The notes: generated by a model from the sequence alone, not told the origin. 63,857 nucleotides of DNA, filler included, from Folioceros fuciformis (GCA_049999805.1; 9 parts of 9 records of this genome joined end to end with filler, not necessarily neighbours in it), one strand, 5' to 3'. Counted from the first letter of the whole stretch, positions 36,126 through 50,230 are shown. Numbers and translations are program-made.

Positions 36126-37892
36126 GGAACACCCTACCTGATCCGCTCCGGCCTGCCTGGCTATCTGGCTAGAGGCCCCTAGCTGGTTTTCCATTTGGAT
36201 CCAATCCAACTAGCCGCCAGCTCCAGCCGACTGCTTGCCTTTGGGATCCGACTCTGGCCAATTTGTTGTGTCCTCCAGCCTTCGGCCCCACCTGATCTAT
36301 TGGTCGCCCGCCGGCTCCTAGGTCGCTTGGCTGTTGCCCACAACCGGCCTTTGCAAGCCAACCGCTGTCTAACCGATCAGCCAGGCCGCCTGCCTGGCAC
36401 CAGCTGACCCGCCTCTAGCTTGCCATCCATCCAGATCTGTCCCAGCTAGCCGCCAGGCAGCTGCCTGATTGCTTGCTAGCGGGCCTGGTCTATCTGCCGC
36501 CGTTCCACCAGCCAGCCCGGCTAGCCCAACCAGCCGGCCTCCCAAATCAGCCAGCCAGCCTGTAGGCTGGCTACCCTCTATGCTCTAGGTTGCCTAGCTC
36601 CAGTCGTGAGCAGCCACAACCAGCCCTATCCACGCCGCCAAGACTCGGCCCTGATCTGCTCCTATCAGCCCGGCTAGACGATTAGCCAGGCTTCCCAGAT
36701 CCGCCAGTAGCCCGCCTGCTCATCGACCAGCTAGGCCGTTTGCCCGATCTTTGCTAGTCCTTGGATTATCTGCCTGGCCGTCTCCTCGTTCAGTCGCTTG
36801 CAAACTAGCCTCGATCAGCCGCAGCCAGCCCGGCTAGGATCAGCCCGAGGCCTGCTTGGCTTGGGTCCAGCACCGCCCTTGGCTTCTCAGCTGCCGGCCT
36901 CCCGCTGACCGACCACCTCCAACCAAGCCCCCTACCTGGCCTGGCTACTCCCAAGCGTGCCTGCAGCTTGCAAGCCTGGCTGCCTAGCACCCATGACCAG
37001 CCAGCCAGCCCCTACCAGCCAGCAGACCCGCCCCCGACCAGAGCCGTCTACGAGCCCGACAGTACCTTGGCCTGCTACTGCTGCGGATCCAACTCCGGTC
37101 CTGAGTCGCTCAGGCCGCCCACCTGCTCGGCATGCCTTTAGCTGCATCCAGCCAGCCAGCCCCGTCCTTGGCCTAGGTCCGACCAGCCGATCCCAGGACC
37201 ACTGCTACTCAGCCCCCTGCAGCCCAACGGCTTCTCCACAGCAGCCGCCGATCCAGCACCTGTTGCCTGGCCAGATCGAGCCCCCTCCTGGATCTGGCAG
37301 CCTTGGCCGGCTCCTAGCCGGTCTGCTAATTTGCGGCCCACCGTGAATCACCCTGGCCAGCCCTCTGACTTCCCAGGCCTCAGCCCGAATCCAGCTTGCT
37401 TGCTCCGAACGTGGCCTCTTGGCAAGTTGGATCTGCTAGCCACCAGCTGCTGCCAGTCGCTTATCCAACTAGGCCGACTGAAGCCCTAGTCAGCCGTCCT
37501 GACAGACGCAATCTAGGCCAGCTGGCCATGATTGCCTGAACCCTGGGTCGCCCGACTACTGCCACCAGGCTACCCCCTTGCACCTACTACCAGCCGATCA
37601 CAGGACTCCGATCCGGCCATAGGAAAAATGCATATATATATAGGTAGCATTTAAGTAGCCAGCCTTAATTAATTAATTATGCATTAGGGCGAAACACCGG
37701 GATATGAAACGCTTCGGCTTTTCATAGGAGTCACGACCTGATAGGGTCGTAACCTAACTAACCGTCACCACCGTTCATGACACCGTGAACCGGCGCACAC
37801 TTCTCGGCTTAAGGTCGATCTCGGCCACAAACAATCTAATCAATTCTTTTCTGCAATCATGCAATCTACCGATCCTAGTCTGTAATTTTCCA

Positions 37893-40800
37893 TGGTATCA
37901 GAGCCATGGATGCACCATTGTCCCTACCTAAGCATTGCACAACCTGCAGAAGTGTAGAATGCATCAAAAATTTGTCGCATGAACACTTCCTCATGGTAAT
38001 CTCTGCAAAGCGATTAGCGCTGGTTAGGACTGGAGACATGGCGCACGAGGTTCTTGCAGATGTTGTCTTTCACTACTATTCATAGAAAGGTGGGATGCCG
38101 ATAGCACGTGGAAAGGGGAAATTACCTGTAGACCCGTTTGCTTGTAGCCCTGGTCTAAGTGTAGAAGCACAGCACAGAAGTCTCCAAAAATTCTTCAATT
38201 CGTGTCCCAGGCTTGCATCACGTGGTNNNNNNNNNNNNNNNNNNNNNNNNNNNNNNNNNNNNNNNNNNNNNNNNNNNNNNNNNNNNNNNNNNNNNNNNNN
38301 NNNNNNNNNNNNNNNNNNNNNNNNNNCGCACAGAAGGCAAGTGAGATTTCCACTTGCAAGATTTGCACAAGCATGTATCCCCCTAAACCTAAGCCATTCC
38401 TCTAGGAAATTTACAACCTCGTAAGGTCTAAATCAGAGAGACATAGACAGCAGGTGTGTGACCTGACTGATAGGGTCATCAATTCCCAGAGACATTGTGA
38501 TCCTCACACGTCAAATAGAGTTGTTGTCCAGGCTTCCTTTTTTTCACAAACCTGCAAAGCAACCTGACCAGACCTGCTTAAACCTGGAGATGAATCAGGC
38601 ACAGCCAATGAGCTTTGAGTCATGGGAGCGAGAATCCTTATCTCGTGCGTCCCATGACCAGGCATCTCCCTAAATCTGGCTCATGTCCCATAGCAACCGT
38701 GGTAGGGGTACAAGAAACCCAAGAGGCAGACGTAGAGGTCGTGGTACTAGAAGGGGTGCAAACCCCGACGTGAATCCTTTTCAGTTGACCCACTTAAACT
38801 AAATCAGGAGGTTGCATCCTCCTAGTCAAGCACAGGGTTGTATGCTGTACCTGTAGCACAGCTAGCCCAGGCATACGCTGTTGCACAAGCAGGAGTAGCA
38901 CTCGCACACCAAGCTGTAGGAAACATGGCACAGCAACCACCTCAGACTGTCACAAACAACACAACCACGGTCAATAATATAAAAATTGACTTTAAGGAGA
39001 GACAGATTTAATGGGACCCAGTTTGACATCTGGGCACTAAGGGTTCAAACCATTTTGAGAGAGCATGATCTCTAGGGCATTGTGGCGGGCACAGTGCCCA
39101 AGCCTCCTTAAGGAGCAGCTCAGGCGGACATAAATGCTTGGGCAAAGCTGGACCTTCGAGCTTTGGGCATCATTCAGTCAGCCCTGGACGGGTCTATGAT
39201 GCACCATACTCAAGACGCAGACACAACCAAGGATGTGTGGGATTCCTTGAACCAGATTTATAGAGTGTCGAACGGGTACTCGATGGTGAGTGCTACTCGT
39301 GCCTTCTACAACTGCAAGATGAAGGAGCACGAGTCAATAGAGCAGCATGTAATCAAATTCAGGATGCTAAGGTCGAAACTCACCTCTAGTGGGACTGCAA
39401 CAATGGAGATGCAGGCTACAGTAGCCCTGCCCTCTCCCTGCCGGACAGCTATCGAGTATTTGTGAGCAACCAGTGCACGCACATGCGAAATGTGGCCCAG
39501 GCCACACCTGCAGGACATACACCTGCAGTCTCCCTCTCTGACCTGATTGGAGCCCTCCTGGAGGAAGAATCCATGAGGATCGCAAGTAGGGGTGGTACCT
39601 CCTCCAGGGGAGAGACCTCAAACATAGTTCTCTACACTAACAGAGGCTCAAAGAGGCTGCCACCATGTCAGGGTGGACAATACCAGAATGCTGGAGGCAG
39701 TGGGAGTTTCAAGCGTCGCCCACCAATAGCTGCTAACAAGAAAAAGGGCCCCTGCAACTGGTGCCTCATCCCAGGGCACTGGGAGGCAGAGTGCGGGAAA
39801 AAGAAGGCGGGAGAGCCCCGCCGTACAGTCCCACCAGAAGCTAACATGGCATTCAGAAAGCCTAGCACAGTTCTAGCAGTCTATATGGTTTCTACACCAC
39901 AGTACAGGCATGCGTGGTACCTTGACTCAGGTGCGTCATCCATCGCACATCTGCCACACACAGTCTACATTTTCTGAGTATAGAAAAGTCCCAAAGGGTC
40001 AGGTCGTACTGCTCGGTGACGATCGTGGCCAATTGTAGGAATAGGCAAGGTCCCTATCATGTCGACGAGTGGAAGGGTTGAAACCTTGCTAGAGGTCCTG
40101 CACGTACCAGCCCTGGTTAAAAACCTGGTGTCAGTCTACCTGCTAGACACACAGCACAAGCTAAGCACCATGTTTGCAAATGGCCAGTGCCACGTAGTTG
40201 ACCAGGGAAACAAAGGAGAAATGTTTGCAATAGGGACTCCAGTACACAACCTATACAAGCTGGACATCCAGTACGAACTTGGCAGACCAGTGGCAAACTT
40301 GACACAGGCACAGCAGGATGAGCGTGACGCCAAGCTTTGGCATGCCCGGCTGGGTCACACAAACTTTGACAAGTTGAACATGATGGTAAAAAATGATTCA
40401 CTTTACCGTGAAAATTTCCTGATGAAGCATGCTGAGAAGCCCTTCTGTGAGGCGTGTGTGTTCGGCAAACACCACCGTGCTCCCTAAGCTGGAGCAGCTG
40501 ACGGAAATTCAAGTGAATCGTAAACAGAAGGAAGCAATGTAGGCAGCCAAGATGAAGCCGCTGTCACAGAACCTGAACAAGGACAATCTTCGGAAGTAGA
40601 AGTGGAATCGGCTCCAGAAGCTGAGATTCCAAGACGGAGCAGTAGGAGGCACACAGCCTCGCCTGACGAGTGGGTAAACCCACCGCTTACCTACAACTCA
40701 TTCCTTGTGCCGGATGACAGCGCACCTAATAGTTTGGGCGAGCCCCAATCTTACAAAGAAGCCGTCAGTGGACCTGAAGCAGCAAAGTGGTCAGTTGCAA

Positions 40801-42375
40801 TTGATTCTGAGTACCAGTCATTGATAGACAGCGTGGGAATTGGTGGACATACCTCCTAGCAGAAAACCAGTAACCTGCAAGTGGGTATTAAAGAAAAAGC
40901 TCGCAGCTGACGGAAGCATAGCACGGTTCAAGGCACGACTTGTGGCAAGAGGGTATAGTCAAGTTGAGGGCCTAGACTATACATAAACCTTCTCTCCCGT
41001 AGTCAGTGCCACCTCAGTCCGCACACTCTTTGCAATAGCAGCACAAAGGGACTACGCCATGGAACACATGGACGTGAAAACTGCCTTCCTGAACGGGACT
41101 CTGGAAGAAACAATTTTCATGAGTCAACCAAAAGGGTTTGTGGACCCCAAGCAACCAAGAAAGGTGTGCAGACTAATCAAGACCATCTATGGACTGAAGC
41201 AACCCCCATGAGCTTGGTACAAACGCATCGACACATACCTCAAGCAGTCAGGATTTCTGCAGTCAGAATCTGACTCAAATGTGTACAAGCTGGAGGAGAA
41301 AAATGGAGTGGTCTTCCTGGCTCTCTACGTGGACGACGCAGTCCTCATCGCCAGCAACCCAAATATAATGGCCAAGGTCAAGACCATACTTACCTCGGAG
41401 TTTTCTATGACCGACTTGGGTAAGCTCACATGGTTTCTTGGCATAGAAATCCTGCAAGACATGGGACACCACATAGTGTTCATACACCAGGCTCAGTATA
41501 TAAGCCAATTGCTAGCTAGGTATAGGATGGTGGATAGCAAACCTGCTGCAACACCAATGGCCGTTGGCGAGAAACTGAGCACTGAGCAGTCACCTAAATC
41601 AGAAGCAGAGAGGCAGCAGATGGAAAGGGTTCCATATCGGTCAGCAATATGCTCGCTGATCTATTGCAGGAACTGAACAAGACCAAACCTGTCGTATGCA
41701 GTGGGAGTCACCTCCCAATTCCTAACCTGCTATGGACCAGCACATTGGACTGTCGTGCAAAGGGTGATGAGATACCTGAAAGGCACTCCAAGACTTGGCC
41801 TGTTGTACAAGCAGAGGCCCAAGAACCTGCTGCTGACGAGCTTCTGTGACGCAGACTGGGCAGCCGATGCCGACACTCGCAGGTCAATATCGGCCAATTG
41901 CCTGCTGCTGGGAGCACATGAGTATGATGCTACAGTCATTTCTTGGTACTCCAAGAAACAGCAGGTCGTGGCCCTCTCATCTACTGAAGCAGAGTATGCT
42001 TCTACAGCTACTGCTGCTCAAGACATAGTCTATGCAAGGGAGCTGCTCTCCTCTTTAGGTGAAACCCAGAATGCACCTACTCTGCTCTTGTGTGACAATC
42101 AGTTAGCAATAGCATTAGCGCAAAACCCTATTATGCATGCAAGAACTAAGCATATCGAGGTGAAGCACCATTTTATTAGACAGGTGATTAGCAATGGGTA
42201 GGCAACCTTGCAATATGTGCCAACCAATGACAATGTGTCAGACCTGCTAACCAAAGCCTTAGCAAAGGACAAGCATGACAAATTCTGTAGGGATCTGGGT
42301 CTGGTAGAAGGAAATTAGTGTCAAAAACAAAAAAACACTCCCACAAGGTCAGCACATGCACAATCTTCATGCAGG
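37893..42375 (+). mobile_element. Degenerate Copia internal region lacking the integrase core
   Basis: PBS TGGTATCAGAGC at 37893-37904 after CA; gag, CNWCLIPGHWEAEC, WYLDSGAS, LWHARLGH...CEAC, then RT (LYVDD) and RNase H (CDADWA, ARTKHI). Confidence 0.9.
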
Positions 42376-44168
42376 NNNNNNNNNNNNNNNNNNNNNNNNN
42401 NNNNNNNNNNNNNNNNNNNTTAATTAATTAANNNNNNNNNNNNNNNNNNNNNNNNNNNNNNNNNNNNNNNNNNNNCAGATACCTACTCTGATCACGACGA
42501 AGTCACGGAGTGGAAGGTGGAAAAAAGGGGATGGAAACAAACACTCTAAGACTTGGCTAGGCAGAGCTCGGAAGGAAAACCATAAGGTGGAGAGGTAGTC
42601 CCATACCCTTTGCACTTAAGTGGCGAGTCATTATACAGGTCACGAACGCTTGGTCCAGAAAAACACTATTAAGGTGGAATCTTCTTAGGACGACTTGTCA
42701 ATAACCTAAAATTGTCGTGTTGTGCCACTCAACATCGCACTCATCATGGTTCATTAGTTAACCATACTCACACCACACCACATTACACACACATTAAACA
42801 CTACATGATGGTGCCGTAAGCTTGTAAGAGTTGAAGCATTTGCTTCCTTCAGACACCAAAAAATGCACCTGCACCCACACTTCTCAGAGCTGTAACTTGG
42901 CTTCTCAAGTCCTCGATCAGGTCACATAATCTTGCACACTCCGCACACGCACACCTCAACCGGATTCCAACAAGAGAATGCTCCCTCAAGTGAAAGCCTA
43001 TTCCCAGAATGCAAGAGAATACAAGCTTACAGCTGCAGCAGACACCACTGAGCTAGGCTTTTATGCCTGCTACCTCAGACTTCCTGCAGCCACATCCACA
43101 CATTAGTTGTGTGTCTATCTAGTTGACTTTATATTATATTATATTTTCCAATCATCTCCACTAAATAATTATTAATTACCACTAATGCCATCATTTATTA
43201 GCATCACTTAATTATTGACTAATTACTATTTGCATGCATCTAAGTGACAGCACACAATGATGCTTGACAAAACTCCGGCAATCCACCTAGTTGGGCGAAG
43301 TGTTAATGAGAGGCTTACGTGGGTACCTCTGTTAACGGTGCCGAACGTGGGCTCATGATGGCTAGTGGCGGTGATGTGGGTCCTGCCAATGATCCTTCTC
43401 TGCTTGTTGTAATGTGTGGGGTCAGGACCAGCTCAGGTACTAGATCCACCAAAGGAGAGACCTCCAACCTAGGAGTGGGTTGAGCATGAGAAGGGTTGGT
43501 CGGACTGGTTAGAGTTGTGGGGGGTCCGAGAGAGGGTGTAGTCGGGCCTTCGTCAGCAGTCAGGACTGCCTGCACAGTTTCCTTAAGCACTCAAAGTACT
43601 TCCCCATGGTAGAAGGTGAAGCCATCATTGGTCTGCTAGATGGCATCAGTGACCATCCTCCGTAGGGTCCTGTACTCCAGCCTCCAGAAGGTCTGCATGT
43701 TGTCTTGCGGCCAACTCTACGTACCTATAGGGACAAAGGTGGCTCGGATCTCTTCCTTAAGATGAAGGGTGGTGATGGCTTCCGACTAGTTTCAGAGTAG
43801 TCCAACCTTAGCATCAACGTTCCACTACTCCAATTTGCTTATCCGCATTCGTAACTCCTCGTTCTCAACCCGGAGCTTCTTCGCCCGGTCCATTAGCACC
43901 TTCCGTTTGCCGTCCCACAGCTACCCATGACCCTGCATGTTATCTCGCAAGAGGCCTATCTCTGCCCAATGCGTCCAAACCTCATGTTGTGTTGTCTTTG
44001 CCTCCGCTTGGACACCCCGGAGTTTGCCCATGAGGTCCTCTATCTGCCGGAGCACCTTTGTAGCCTTCCGGGTGAGCTCCTTTTCAGTGTCTACAGCTCT
44101 ATTCCGCTCCCTCTAGTAGCAGTCACAGTCAGCGGTGTGTTGCTTGTATGCCCCCTAGAGGTCTACCT

Positions 44169-44652
44169 TGAAAGGATCAATAGAGTAGTATGGTAAAGGA
44201 GAGGAGAGAAGAAGGGAGGAGGAGAGGAGAGGAGAAAGAGAGGTCTCACAGTGTCTCTCAGCTCTGTTGCAAAGGGAGCTCAAGAGGGTATTTATACCCT
44301 CTAGAAAAGCTCCCAAGGAAGCTTCGCAAGAAGCTCACAGGAAGCTATGCAGGAAGCTTCCTAAAGATTAGATTAAGCTAATGATACTTAATTAAACACT
44401 AATCTTAGACTAATTACATTAGTCTAATTAAACTTATCACACTAGTTTAATTAGACTAATCACATTAATCTAATTAGACTAATCACATTAGTTTAATTAG
44501 ACTAATCACATTAGTTTAATTAGACTAATGTAATTAGTTTAATTAGACTAATGTAANNNNNNNNNNTGTAATTAGTTTAATTAGACTAATGTAATTAGTT
44601 TAATTAGACTAATCACATTAGTCTAAGCACATTGGGCTTTAATAACCCTACA
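44169..44652 (-). mobile_element. Solo LTR of family A with TSD TACCT
   Basis: TACCT at 44164-44168 and 44653-44657; no PBS or PPT adjacent; internal AT-rich tandem expansion. Confidence 0.88.
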
Positions 44653-45599
44653 TACCTCTCACTGCATCTAGACCGCACGCTCTTCAGCATGCGCGACCTC
44701 CATGATGGCTCCCTGTGTCTCCCGTAGTTGATCCCGCTTAGTCTGCTCCTCGAGCCGCCTAGAGAGGTCTTCTAGCTACTCTGCGCTCCGGGTCTTGAAG
44801 TCCCACAACTCCTTTATATAGCCGTCCTGCTCCTCCCGTAGCGTTTTAGTCTTCATTACCCACCACTGTAATAGAAAGGGATGGCTCCTTTGCTAAGGAA
44901 TCTACCTCTTCAACCTATGCAATCCAAAAGGGCTGGTTCTCAACGTCCCTCTCACAAGGCATAGCAATCATGTCTCCTTGTTTGAGTTCAGCTACATTTC
45001 CACTCAATCTCGCCACTTCCACCTCTATTGTGCCAATGGGTTGATAGTGACCAATATACATATGTCTAGCGTCAGCTTGGGTTTGTGCTTTCACATGTTC
45101 ATCATGTGCTATGTTGCTTTCGTCTGCGAAAATCTGAGTTGCATTGTCTTCCCTACTGAACCATACCCATGGACTATCCAGATTACGCTCCTCCCAATTG
45201 ATTGATTTTCTGCACGATACTTTCTTATGTCATCCAGAAAGCCTGCCACCACTCCTTGTCCTTGTGGCTAAGGTATCTATCCATTAGTTGCTCAACGACT
45301 TTTTGGATCTACGCCAAGGATACAAATGGGCTTGAATATTGTTGCTTCCCATGAATTTGAAGTAGACATTGTGTCCCATCGATGATTGGAGTCATTGGTA
45401 TCTAGTGCAAAAATTCCAAACCCTCCACTGGTTCCCGCTGCCCTGATGTTGAAAGTTGCTTGCCTCAAAGAACAATCACTAGCGCCCCTCCCCACCGCTC
45501 CTCCCTTGTAATTTTGAATTGATGTTGGTAACTATGATTGTGCAGGTTGCATATTACAGCATCATTGTGACCACGCTTGCCCATCCCATTTGGCCAGAC

Positions 45600-46030
45600 G
45601 AATCCTCTGAAATCAGCTACCTACATCACAATTTTCACATCTACGTTGGGCGTATATGCTTGGTTGATGAGCTTCAACATAGTTTCTAGTGAAAGAGCCT
45701 TCTTATGCTTCAAGACCTTAGAAAAACTAGACAACATTTGGTCAACGACATCATGAGTATGATCGACGAGCAGAAACCCTATCTTCACTTTGTCACATAT
45801 TTGTTTTTCCACCAGCATATACAGATATGCAAACAACAGGATGTTCTTGTTCTCGCGAGCAGTGTTGTCCACTTGTGGTAAAAAGTCTTCGGCGAAAACC
45901 CTCCGTATGCAGAAATCACATCCTGTATTACGTGGATTACTAAGTTCACATCGTTCGTGTATTTAGAAAGTTTACGTAAACCTTTGTCCACATGCCTGTA
46001 TTGTAGACAAGACACCCAACCACATGAACG
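45600..46030 (-). pseudogene. Sola-like (DUF7869-type) DDE transposase remnant
   Basis: DNTARENKN..LFAYL..LV......VKIGFLLVDHTHDVVDQMLS matches the DN..RENKN...FL.VGHTH..IDQ.FS pattern. Confidence 0.65.
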
Positions 46031-46053
46031 CAAATGAGACCCCTTAGCAAAAT

Positions 46054-46480
46054 TGTGGTGGCAAAACCCCAAGCAATTGTTTGCCAAAGGGTTCAACCTT
46101 TAGTGTCCACACTTATCCCATTGTTGTTGAGACATTGGGTTTCGTTCCCACAAAGGAGCAATGGGGTTCCTCGCTGCTATGGATGGAGGGTCGGCCTCAA
46201 TCAACTCAATGAGAGATTCGAGGGCTCCCCTCTAGCTCTGATCAAGCGTGAGGCACTCCTCACTGTCCATCAGTCGACTGCACCTTTCGGTGCCCACAAA
46301 TTCACTCCAAGCACTACAACGACACTAACCTCTCAGGTTTGCGACTTCCCTTACTCACTCACTCACTCACTCACTCACTCACTCACTCACTCACTCACTN
46401 NNNNNNNNNCTCACTCACTCACTCACTCACTCACTCACTCACTCACTCACTCACTCCAGCACTACCAACAACACCACTAC
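46054..46480. repeat. Dispersed repeat (probable LTR terminus, family C) with (CACT)n microsatellite at about 46352-46455
   Basis: Starts TGTGG and aligns with 63525-63857. Confidence 0.7.
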
Positions 46481-49400
46481 CTTTTACACTTCCCTATTGA
46501 CTCCCCCATTCGGCAAGAGCCACTAAACTAACCCCAAAGAAGAGTGTGCCGCCACCCACGATCCTACCGGACACCATGCAAGCATGGTCGGCACTCACTC
46601 CAGTCCTACAAAGAAATAAGAATGACATATCATGGGGCACAACATGGAGAGCACAATCAAGAATTAAAGGGACCCAGCCCTTAACCCTGGCCACTACTTC
46701 TTAAAGCTTTACAGACGCTGCACAACATGCACAGCCAGCACACTCTTGTATCCAAGTAGGAACAGCCCGCAAGAGATCGTGAAGTGACAAGTGGGTTGTA
46801 GAGGCTCATAGTCTCTTATAGAGGACTCCTAGCTCTAGTCCCCTTCCTCTCTCTACAGGTTGCCCATTAGGACACGACAAGCAAGACAATAGTTTATAGC
46901 ACACCATTATTGTAGACTACTCTACCCTACCATCAACTTGACGAGCCACCACCCCCTCGTCCCTACCAACAGCCTTTGCTGATCCTTGGCTGTTGTCCTC
47001 TCTTCTAGACTTGGTGGGCGTCGCCTTCTTATTGTTGAGGCAAAGGCTTCTCCTACCATTGTTCCCATGACGGTGAGGTTGCCTCCAAGCCGACTTCACT
47101 CCTTCAGCATCTCCCCTAACGGTTCCCATAGTGGCTGACACACAGCCCTCATGGGAGGAGCACTTGTCAGTTTGTTAGTTTAGTCCTGAAGGGATGTTCT
47201 ATAGGGCCAAAGGACAGTAGGTCAGACCCACTCGAGACGTGTTAGTAGCAAGAAGAACACAACAAAAGATGTTAATGGAGAGGTTGCAGAAGGTGAACTC
47301 CTGCTAAAGTGGGTTAGGGTAGCAAACATGCATTCATTACATCCAACCAACGACCTCAAGGGATAGTTGACCACTAGACTGTCAAATAGTCCTGAGACGG
47401 AAGGCCCTTGGTGTTAGTATGAACAGTGGGAGAAGAAAGGGGAGAGATCAGAAGAGTGATCAACAGCCGGAACCGGGCTTGAAATCAGTAGTTTATTCAG
47501 CAGAATCGGCTTCTAGCCGAAACGGTTCCTCGGCTATTGAAAACTAATCCCGAGGTGTTGGAACAATTCTCGGACTATCAGGGGAAGGAAACAGGTGAGA
47601 AAGAGTAGAGTCGGAAATTTTGGAATTAAATACAGAAAAATAGAAAATAGAAATTATGGGGAAATTGTGAAAATCCTAATAGTAGGATTGCATCTAATCT
47701 TGCATGATCATCTAATCTAGCATGATCAAGACGCCATGCTCAGAAAGATATTTTGTGTTTTTAATCTGCGGAAGGTGTATACAGAGTGTGTCTTAAATAG
47801 TGTCACTGAGTGTCTCTTCCGAAGAGGCACACCCGTTTGTAATTATTAAACACTATCACTTATGGTCTATGGTAACTAGCTGGTCGGCAGGGTTACGGAT
47901 AGATTATCCATTCCGTAACACTCCCTCTTAAGCTGAACGTAACCTGACCAGTGGTGGAGGCTATCTCCCATGGAGCGTGACACTCCTCTTTGGTGCGCTC
48001 CCTCTGAAGGCTAATGAGAGCATGTACAAGCCATCTTGAGGCACGGCACTAAAGAGGCACAAGTCAGGATTTGTGGTCCTGAAAAAGTAGCATGACTCCT
48101 TTGAAGCAAGCATCTTAAGATCGCCTTGCTTTAGCAACTGAGTCATGGAGACTAGGTTCTTGCCCATCTGTGGGACTAAGAGCACAGGCTTCAAGGTAAG
48201 CAGCGAACCATCCTCAAGGGGAAATTCGCAAGTGCCTTGTCCCATGATTGGCAAGCTGGATCTACTTTGTTCGTCATTGAGTAATACCCTTTCCCTGAGA
48301 GGACGAGTATCCAGCTTGGTGAATAGAGTACGATCGCTGCATATGTGGACGGTGGCTCCACTGTCCAGATACCACCCCACATCTTGATGCAACTTGGTGT
48401 TGAGGCAGACCATAAGTATCTTTACGATGTTTGTCTCCGCTGTGCTGGCGTTCCCCTTAACTGCAATACTGGTTGCTTATTCTCAGGTCAGCCTTCTGCA
48501 GCTCTCCGGCCTCTTTCTTGCGGCACTCTCGTGCCCAATGGCCAGCAACTCCGCACCAATTGTAGTTTCCAGCTCGACGAGTAGGGGCAGAGGTTGAGTC
48601 ACCTTTAGGGGTGACGTTCACCTTGCCCTTCGAATTCCTCCCGGGTTTGAAGCGGGTGGAAAACGCCCTGTCTGCCTCGAGCTTGGACCCTCCTGTAGAA
48701 TTAAGACGGCTCTGCTCCTATTGATATAGAGCGCCTATGATGTCCTCCACCATCAAGGTGGGAGTCATGCCTGACTTACAGTGGGTAGATACCAACATCA
48801 GGTTGGTAACAAAGTTTTGGTAAGAGGCTGGTAAGCTCATCAACAGTTGTGCAGCAGCATCGGTCTCCGACATGGTGGAGCCAAGGGAGGCGAGCTGCCC
48901 TCGTAGTTGTCTGAACTTCGAGGTATGAGTAGAGATCGTATCTGTCTCCTTCATCCTTAAGGAGTTGAATTCCTGCCTTACACTATACAAGGTTAGAACA
49001 TTGTTAACATTGTACGTGTTCGATAGTTGGTTGCAGATTGCAGAGGCCTCCGTGAGGAAATCCACGCTGGGCACTAGACTCGAGTCAAGCCCGCTGACGA
49101 GGAGAGCAATTGCAATCCCATTCAAATAGTCCCATCTCTCAACAACAGTGGCAAAAGGGTCGGGCTTCGGAAGGGTGCCATCAACGATCTTCCAAATGCC
49201 TCAACCTATCAAGATGGACTTCATGCACACGCGCCACACTGGGAAGTGCTAGCCGTTGAACCAATCTTTTTCCTTCATATGATCGGTGTAGACGGGGCCT
49301 GCACCTGTGAAGGTGGATGAAGTGCTACTTGCCATAGCTGTTGGGGAGTCTAACAAGTGAGTTAAACTGTTGTATCATGTGGTCCACAAAGGAATTGGAG

Positions 49401-49984
49401 GTTGTGGTCATAAACTCGGGTGCTTAGGACCACTCAGTGTCCGACTAGTCAGGAATTTGCAAGCTATCCACTTCTGATTTTGCTATACGACGAAGGCGAA
49501 AGACTAGGTCCACCAAACACTGAGTTGTGTGCTCGAGCTAATCCCGCAGAAGAAAAGTTTGATCTGCAAATGCCGAAGATTCCGGTTGTAGGATAGGCGC
49601 AGCTGGCTCAATCTTCACTTACACATCTACTAGTGGTGGTTCAAAACTCCCAGGGTCCAAATGCTAGTGTGAAATGGCGCTTGGGAGAACCGGTTTGGAA
49701 CCGATCCCCGAAAAAGCCGTGTTCACACTGGTTGGGGCNNNNNNNNNNNNNNNNNNNNNNNNNNNNNNNNNNNNNNNNNNNNNNNNNNNNNNNNNNNNNN
49801 NNNNNNNNNNNNNNNNNNNNNNNNNNNNNNNNNNNNNNGGTTGGGGCGGCCCGTACCGAATCAACACCGAAATGACAACTTAAGTTGCCACCTCGTTGGC
49901 GGGGCAACGATTCGCCTGCGAAATGTTTCGGCCCGGGCACAGATTCGCAAGCACCCGCCCGCCCGCTCGCGCGCCACTTTGTGG

Positions 49985-50230
49985 GCACATCGGCCTCCGC
50001 GATGGCGTGCTGATCATCGGCGCGCGATGGCACTGGCCTCCGCGATGGCGTGCTAATCATCGGCTCACGATGGCACTGGCCTCCGCGATGGCGCACTGAT
50101 CATCAGCGTGCGATGGCACCGGCCACCGCAATGGCGCGCTGATGATCGGTGCGCAATGGCACCGGCCTCCGCGATGGCGCGCTGATGATCAGCACGCGAT
50201 GGCACCGGCCTCTGCGATGGCGCGATGGCA
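49985..50230. repeat. GC-rich tandem repeat of about 43 bp
   Basis: GGCCTCCGCGATGGCGYGCTGATCATC...GATGGCAC recurs 5-6 times. Confidence 0.8.

Noticed and set aside
37663-37680. TTAATTAATTAA in real sequence
   Set aside because: It is not N-flanked; it is just an AT-rich stretch in the LTR region.
42809-42823. TGGTGCCGT as a tRNA-His-type PBS
   Set aside because: The match is short and there is no identifiable LTR end beside it.
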